Positions 39,399 through 43,501 of a stretch of DNA of 43,501 nt are shown here, piece after piece. This DNA comes from an uncultured Anaerolineaceae bacterium. Lineage in GTDB: Bacteria > Chloroflexota > Limnocylindria > Limnocylindrales > CSP1-4. The stretch's first letter is position 1. Each line of letters begins with the position of its first letter. The stretch lies in NCBI GenBank assembly GCA_964385975.1, contig CAYLSK010000001.1, forward strand, positions 1 to 43,501, in the 5' to 3' direction. Position numbers and translations under genes: made by a program. The notes below the pieces were generated by a model, which ran no database searches, was not told the origin of the DNA, and worked only from the letters and a program-made list of their open reading frames with translations.

Positions 39399-39420
39399 GA
39401 TGTCGGCGCCGGCATCTGGT

Positions 39421-39711
39421 TCATGGCCGCTGCACCCCTAGCCGATCCTCGCCTGTCAAGGAGCGCGGCTGTCCCTCCGCATCAAGGCGCTCCTGAAGCA
39501 CTCGGAGTTGGCGCCATTTGAGGTAGGCATAGTTGCCGAGGTCCACCATCTCGGCCATCGCCTCGGCCAACATGTCGTGGCGCCCCCAGGAGTCCGATCC
39601 GTACTTCTCGTCGCCGAACCGGAGCTTGCCGTCCATGAGCAGCCGGAACTCGCTGAGGCCCTCGTACTTAGAGCCGACGGCTAGGGCTTCAGGTTCGGTC
39701 TCGATGGTCAT
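39421..39711 (-). CDS. hypothetical all-alpha protein (96 aa), weak resemblance to small MazG / KYG..W pyrophosphohydrolase-like domains
   Basis: FGDEKYGSDSWGRHDMLAEAMAEMVDLGNYAYL. First gene after the att region. Confidence 0.45.
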   Translation of the reverse strand: MTIETEPEALAVGSKYEGLSEFRLLMDGKLRFGDEKYGSDSWGRHDMLAEAMAEMVDLGNYAYLKWRQLRVLQERLDAEGQPRSLTGEDRLGVQRP

Positions 39712-39724
39712 GGCGATGGAGAAG

Positions 39725-39756
39725 CCCCCGCCCCGAGGAGGATGCCGGAGCGGGGG
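39725..39756 (-). terminator. terminator-like 11-bp GC hairpin 13 nt upstream of the first late-side gene
   Basis: The minus-strand RNA reads CCCCCGCUCCG-gcauccuccu-CGGGGCGGGGG followed by CUUCUCC. One G.U pair. Confidence 0.4.
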
Positions 39757-39805
39757 CGCGTGACCGGAAGGAGCGAACCTGTGCCCACGGCTCGCAACGC
39801 TAGCA

Positions 39806-39826
39806 GACAGTCACCGTGTAGTCACG
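39806..39826 (+). repeat. arm-type direct repeat, copy 1 (gacagtcaccgtgtagtcacg)
   Basis: Matches 40015-40036 except for a 1-nt insertion. Lies inside the 10-bp inverted repeat GTGCCCACGG/CCGTGGGCAC (39781-39790 and 39831-39840). Confidence 0.7.
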
Positions 39827-39890
39827 ACATCCGTGGGCACGAGTGGGCATGGTTGGGCGAAGGTAGCTAGCGCACGCTCATTTCGGCGGG

Positions 39891-39966
39891 CGGCAGGATG
39901 CCTCCGAGGGCTGGCGTTAGGTTGCGGACCTAAAGGTCGTGGGTTCGAGTCCCGCCGGGCGCGCCA
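39891..39966 (+). tRNA. tRNA-Arg(GCG)-like 3' fragment (pseudo-tRNA), candidate att core
   Basis: An intact anticodon arm TTAGG-TTGCGGA-CCTAA (39917-39933), a 5-nt variable loop, a T arm GTGGG-TTCGAGT-CCCGC, a 3' acceptor strand CGGGCGC-G and CCA ending at 39966. The 5' acceptor positions (cggcagg) cannot pair, so this is not a functional tRNA. Confidence 0.6.
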
Positions 39967-40014
39967 CTTTTCACGAGGGATTCAGAGCCAGAAGGGGCGA
40001 CTGATCCGCTCTCT

Positions 40015-40036
40015 GACAGTCACCGATGTAGTCACG
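40015..40036 (+). repeat. arm-type direct repeat, copy 2 (gacagtcaccgatgtagtcacg)
   Basis: Directly abuts the integrase stop codon (40038-40040). Confidence 0.7.
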
Positions 40037-40037
40037 C

Positions 40038-41132
40038 TCATCCCAGCGCCTCGTCTAGTGCCGCTGCCGCGGCCCGGTCCGGCGCCTCGGTCGCATGGCC
40101 GTAGCGCCGCGCCATGCCCACGGTCGTGTGCCCCAGTCGGCTCATCCGGACGTCCTCGGGGATCCCCCGATCGCGCAGGATCGTGGCGTTGGCATGGCGC
40201 AGGCCGTGCATCGTCACGTCGACCCCGGCGAGCGTCGCGATGACTCGCCAGCGATGCGACACCCAGCCGCCGTTGAGCGGCCGCCCGACCGGCGACACGA
40301 ACACCATGCCGTCCGCCGTGGGCTCCCCGGACGCCAGGCGCTCGCCGAGTTGACGGGCCCGGTGCTCGCGGAGCGCTGCCACGACGAAGGCTGGTAGCGC
40401 GATTGACCGACGACTCCGGGCCGTCTTGGGCTCGTCGAGACCGTAGGCGCCGTCGATCCGGACCAGGGCGTAGGTCACCGTGAGGGTCGCCTGGTCGAGA
40501 TCGACGTCCTGCCAGCGCAGCCCGAGCAGCTCGCCCTGGCGCAACCCGGTTCCCAGCGCCGCGATCCAGAGGGCCTCGAGGCGATCGCCGCGAACCGCAT
40601 GCATGAGCCGTCGAGCATCGGCCGGCGTCAGAGTCGCCGGCTCGACCCGGACGACCCGCGGCGCCTGGACCAGCCGGGCGGCGTTGCGCAATACGTGGCC
40701 GCGGTCCAACGCAACGTCCAGGACACGACCCAGGAAGCCCAGGACGTTGCGCTGGCCCTTCGGCTCCAGGTCGAGGCCGGCCAGCATCGTGTCGACGTGC
40801 TCGGCGGTCAGGCGGACGAGAGCGATGTGCCCGATCGAGGGCTCGATGTGCAGGCGGAGCGCGACGTCATACGTCCGCCACGTCGACGCTTTCAGGTTTC
40901 GCTTTCCGGCGCTTGCGAGCCACGATCGGAGGTACTGCCCAACGGTCGTCCGCCCGCTCCCGACGATTGGCCGCACGAGCCTTCGCAGGTCGTCGAGGAG
41001 CAGGTCGGCCGCCTTCCTCGTGTTGTCGTTCCTCGGCGCGTAGCGAACTATCATCGTCCGGTTGCCCCGGGGCCCGCTCGAGATCGCGGCCACCCAGCGG
41101 CCGTCGGACTTCCTCCGGTATCGGCTCCCCAT
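40038..41132 (-). CDS. int: tyrosine integrase
   Basis: The ATG lies 7 nt after GGAGGAG. N-terminal …YRRKSDGRWVA… arm-binding type opening, and C-terminal HGLRH…LGHTTVGMARRYGH catalytic motifs. Confidence 0.85.
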   Translation of the reverse strand: MGSRYRRKSDGRWVAAISSGPRGNRTMIVRYAPRNDNTRKAADLLLDDLRRLVRPIVGSGRTTVGQYLRSWLASAGKRNLKASTWRTYDVALRLHIEPSIGHIALVRLTAEHVDTMLAGLDLEPKGQRNVLGFLGRVLDVALDRGHVLRNAARLVQAPRVVRVEPATLTPADARRLMHAVRGDRLEALWIAALGTGLRQGELLGLRWQDVDLDQATLTVTYALVRIDGAYGLDEPKTARSRRSIALPAFVVAALREHRARQLGERLASGEPTADGMVFVSPVGRPLNGGWVSHRWRVIATLAGVDVTMHGLRHANATILRDRGIPEDVRMSRLGHTTVGMARRYGHATEAPDRAAAAALDEALG

Positions 41133-41316
41133 CCCGGCGCTCCTCCGCATTCGTCGACTGTACCCACTCCGACAAGCGCACGGCCGAGATGAGCCACAGA
41201 CCGCCGACTTTCTTGCCCGGCAGCTTGCCCGAGGCCAGCCAGCGCCAGACCGTGTTGGGGTGCAAGCCGAGCAGACTGGCGACCTCGGCCGGGTTGTAGA
41301 CGAGCTGATCAGCCAC
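40867..41316 (-). CDS. xis: excisionase-type (HTH_17/MerR-like) DNA-binding protein, whose ORF runs 266 nt into int
   Basis: YNPAEVASLLGLHPNTVWRWLASGKLPGKKVGGLWLISAVRLSEWV. GC3 collapses after about 41140 while the int frame takes over. Confidence 0.55.
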   Translation of the reverse strand: MADQLVYNPAEVASLLGLHPNTVWRWLASGKLPGKKVGGLWLISAVRLSEWVQSTNAEERRDGEPIPEEVRRPLGGRDLERAPGQPDDDSSLRAEERQHEEGGRPAPRRPAKARAANRRERADDRWAVPPIVARKRRKAKPESVDVADV

Positions 41317-41623
41317 GGTCGAGGATCTCGAGGATGACGTCGCCGTGGCAAGGCGTGGGGGCGCACCAACAGGCGAGGCGCTTACCTCGCAGGGGCTCGA
41401 GAAAGGCCGGCTCGGCGATCAGTCGATCGACAAGGCGGAGACCGTATGCCTCGATCGCCTCCGCACGCGTCATCGGCCCGCTGAACCATCGCTGGCCGAT
41501 GACAAACGGGTTGCCCCACCGGGTGGCGCGATCGATCCGCACCACGTCTGGCGGCAAATCGAAGCCGCCCCGACTCTTGGGATGTCGGAAGTCTCGGAGG
41601 TTGACGACGAGCGGCTCAGCCAC
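41309..41623 (-). CDS. DUF4326-like protein (104 aa)
   Basis: …IDRATRWGNPF…AIEAY…L.GKRLACWCAP.PCHGDVI layout. Confidence 0.55.
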   Translation of the reverse strand: MAEPLVVNLRDFRHPKSRGGFDLPPDVVRIDRATRWGNPFVIGQRWFSGPMTRAEAIEAYGLRLVDRLIAEPAFLEPLRGKRLACWCAPTPCHGDVILEILDRG

Positions 41624-41822
41624 CGCTCGTCCAGGGCTTGTGACGAACCTGCCAGCAACGAGTGTGCCATCGTCGGATCGTGCCTTCCTCGACGATCCAC
41701 CCTTGACGCTGCCATGGCCACACCAGACGGCCACAGCCGATACACCGCTCGCCGCGGTCGTCGGGACGCGGTTGCCGTTCCTGCTGGACCTCGAGAGTCC
41801 AGCCGTCGAGCGGGTCAGGCAC
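41616..41822 (-). CDS. small Cys-containing protein (68 aa)
   Basis: ORF in the track, with CIGCGR…HTRCW. Confidence 0.45.
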   Translation of the reverse strand: MPDPLDGWTLEVQQERQPRPDDRGERCIGCGRLVWPWQRQGWIVEEGTIRRWHTRCWQVRHKPWTSGG

Positions 41823-42009
41823 GGTCCGGGGGCTCCTGCCGCCGCTGGACCATCTCCCTCGCCCGCGTGAGCGCCGCCTGCTGGCCCTCGGCGATCTTGG
41901 CCAGGTGCAGCACGGCGAAGAAGAGCAGCCAGACGACCGCGTCGTCGAATGTCCACCAGTGTGCGAGATAGGCCATGGTGGTTCCGGCGGCGAAGAGCGA
42001 GAGGATCAC
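41815..42009 (-). CDS. small membrane protein (64 aa)
   Basis: GTG 42009 forms a GTGA overlap. TM segments ILSLFAAGTTMAYLAHWW and AVVWLLFFAVLHL. Confidence 0.45.
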   Translation of the reverse strand: MILSLFAAGTTMAYLAHWWTFDDAVVWLLFFAVLHLAKIAEGQQAALTRAREMVQRRQEPPDRA

Positions 42010-42845
42010 GGCGCCCCATCCGTCGCCGGCAACGCGTCCAGCGGCCACTCGATCGACACCAGAACGACGCCCAGCCGCCGGTAATCCGGCTCGATCGCCT
42101 TCATCGCCGCCGGGCTCAGATCGATGATCGTCGGCTTCCCGTGGCGCGGCGCGCATCGACAGAAATCGCGGACGGTAGCGACGACGCATTGACTGCCACC
42201 GGTACAGATGCGAACGGGGTAGGGCGCGTCGCCGAAGCGCCACCACGAGACGGCGGCGTAGAGCCCCGGGCCGTCATCGAACCAGGTGGCCCAGCCTCCG
42301 ATCAGGGCCGTGCCGATGCCGCCTGCGGGTTGTGGGGGCCGCTCAACTGCATCGACCGGGTCGACCGTTTCGGAGAGCGGGCCGTGCGGCGCCCCGGGTC
42401 GACTCGCAGCGGACGCATCGGCGTGGAGCCCGGACATGTCGCGGGGCACGACGATCGTGGGATACGAGCCGCCCCGCGGAGCCGCGAGGACGGCGATGGT
42501 GGTGAGGATCGCCAGCGTCATTAGGCAGCCCCCAACGCGACGGGCCTGGTAGGGGGGCGGCTCGATCGGTTCGGGTTTGATCAGGTAGCCATCGTCGATG
42601 AGCGGCGGTTGCGGCCGGGTAGGTGGCGTCATGGCAACGATCACGTGGACGTGTCGAGGACCTCTTGCCGACGATGAAGCGCCCGCATGCGTCAAAGCGC
42701 CATTCCACGAGGACCGGCTTGCGCCGCGCAACGACCTCCATTCACGAGCCCCGGGTTCCCGCGGCGGATTGACGTGAGGCCACCCAGAGAGCGGCTTGGA
42801 GCAGACGGGGCAGATCATGCCGGCATCGAGCAAGGGATTCGGCAT
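42006..42845 (-). CDS. membrane-anchored RlpA-like double-psi beta-barrel (DPBB) protein
   Basis: TM segment CLMTLAILTTIAVLAA, then GGWATWFDDGPGLYAA…VRICTG…CVVATVRDFCRC…IIDLSPAAMKAI…GVVLVSIEW. An alternative start is ATG 42632. Coding signal between 42640 and 42760 is ambiguous. Confidence 0.5.
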   Translation of the reverse strand: MPNPLLDAGMICPVCSKPLSGWPHVNPPREPGAREWRSLRGASRSSWNGALTHAGASSSARGPRHVHVIVAMTPPTRPQPPLIDDGYLIKPEPIEPPPYQARRVGGCLMTLAILTTIAVLAAPRGGSYPTIVVPRDMSGLHADASAASRPGAPHGPLSETVDPVDAVERPPQPAGGIGTALIGGWATWFDDGPGLYAAVSWWRFGDAPYPVRICTGGSQCVVATVRDFCRCAPRHGKPTIIDLSPAAMKAIEPDYRRLGVVLVSIEWPLDALPATDGAP

Positions 42846-43057
42846 CACGCCCACTCCGCCTTCCGTGCCCGTGCCTCGGCTTGCCGCCGCTTCCGAGAGG
42901 CGTGCGGATCGGGCTTCCGTCGCTGCGGTACGTTGTGGAACGTGGGCAGGACCTCGCCCAGCCCCAGGGCGCCGTGACCCTGAACGGCGGCTGCGGCAGG
43001 GCCTTGATCGCGATACTGCGGATGGCCGTTGAGGTAGCCGGTGACGATTTTGCTCAT
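42845..43057 (-). CDS. hypothetical basic protein (70 aa)
   Basis: ATGA overlap with the VRR-NUC stop. Confidence 0.45.
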   Translation of the reverse strand: MSKIVTGYLNGHPQYRDQGPAAAAVQGHGALGLGEVLPTFHNVPQRRKPDPHASRKRRQAEARARKAEWA

Positions 43058-43359
43058 CGGAGGACCGCCGCGATCTGCTCGAGGTCCGATGGCCGCCACA
43101 CGAATGTCTCGATCCCGGGGCACTCCCGGAGTAGCGCGAGCCATCGCTCCTGCGACGGGCTGAGGGTGCCCTTCTCTCGCTTCAGCTCGGCGAGGATCAG
43201 GCGGGGCGGGCGACACAACGCGAGGTCAGGCCAGCCCCGCGGCGAGTGGATCGAAAGCCAGGCGTGATACGGCTCCCAGCCGAGGATCTTCGCAAGGTCA
43301 GTGACCTGCCGCTGGAACTCCTTCTCGGAGAGCGCGATGACGGTCAGGTCGCGCGCCAT
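43054..43359 (-). CDS. VRR-NUC domain nuclease
   Basis: …GWPDLAL…LILAELKREKGTLSPSQERWL… is the PD-(D/E)xK VRR-NUC signature. Confidence 0.7.
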   Translation of the reverse strand: MARDLTVIALSEKEFQRQVTDLAKILGWEPYHAWLSIHSPRGWPDLALCRPPRLILAELKREKGTLSPSQERWLALLRECPGIETFVWRPSDLEQIAAVLR

Positions 43360-43501
43360 CAGGCGATCGCTCGCAGCTGGACGGAGCCGCCCGTCGATCG
43401 CGCCATGTTGCAGCGTCGGTGGGCAGCGGCCACGTTCGGCCGGACGTGGTCCGTGGCCGCAGTGACCTTTTTACCTTTACCTGGATGCGCAGACAGCCGG
43501 C
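43359..43501 (-). CDS. 3' end of a gene truncated by the window edge
   Basis: The frame is open from the edge to TGA 43359-43361, which forms a TGATG overlap with the VRR-NUC start. Confidence 0.35.
   Translation of the reverse strand, partial: RLSAHPGKGKKVTAATDHVRPNVAAAHRRCNMARSTGGSVQLRAIA

Noticed and set aside
39870-39966. A complete functional tRNA gene.
   Set aside because: The anticodon arm, T arm and 3' acceptor/CCA are perfect. However, the expected 5' acceptor strand (GCGCCCG) is absent at the right distance: 39891-39897 reads cggcagg. The only similar string (gcgcacg at 39870) would give a 97-nt molecule with no foldable D region. I treat it as an att-type tRNA fragment.

Overview
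GC-rich window (about two-thirds G+C by eye) that reads as an essentially complete temperate siphovirus-type phage or prophage genome of actinobacterial style. I count about 80 tightly packed genes. All but four are on the minus strand, and most junctions are ATGA, GTGA or TGATG stop/start overlaps, which suggests translational coupling.

Minus-strand order, in descending coordinates:
- cro-like HTH with a leaderless promoter at 8271, then early genes 8271->49: small TM peptides, a homing-type HNH, a RecB/Cas4-like exonuclease, a minimal PolX-like nucleotidyltransferase, HTH proteins and a replication-initiator-like protein with internal iterons.
- The early operon appears to continue at the right end of the window, 43501->40038: VRR-NUC, an RlpA-like membrane protein, a DUF4326-like protein, an xis-like HTH and a tyrosine integrase.
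- An att region at 39781-40036 built on a 3' tRNA-Arg-like fragment.
- The late region 39711->9699: small proteins, the lysis cassette, HNH, a frameshifted ParB-DNA methyltransferase, TerS, TerL, a small membrane protein, portal, a four-gene fibre/methyltransferase/glycosyltransferase/methyltransferase insert, S49 prohead protease, HK97-like capsid, connectors, major tail protein, G/GT chaperones with a canonical -1 slippery site, tape measure and four distal tail/fibre proteins.

The four plus-strand genes are a cI-like repressor, a GT-C-like polytopic membrane protein, a 71-aa gene between the tail-fibre genes, and a 123-aa zinc-ribbon protein. They look like lysogeny-expressed or moron genes.

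Most notable observations:
1. An 818-aa collagen-like / tail-collar-like protein carrying about 54 His-initiated short repeats. It is translationally coupled to the portal and followed by a MTase-GT-MTase set.
2. A 44-bp triplication of the membrane-protein-stop / portal-start junction, which creates a cascade of ATGA-coupled 15-codon mini-ORFs.
3. A G11 homopolymer that splits the ParB-methyltransferase.
4. In the lysis cassette, a holin-like reading frame with no canonical start, followed by 38-aa and 21-aa (Cys/Trp-rich) micro-ORFs.
5. An internal att site, implying that the window is a circular permutation or a tandem copy.

All functional calls come from motif recognition by eye. No database search was possible, so family names are hypotheses to be confirmed by HMM or structure searches.
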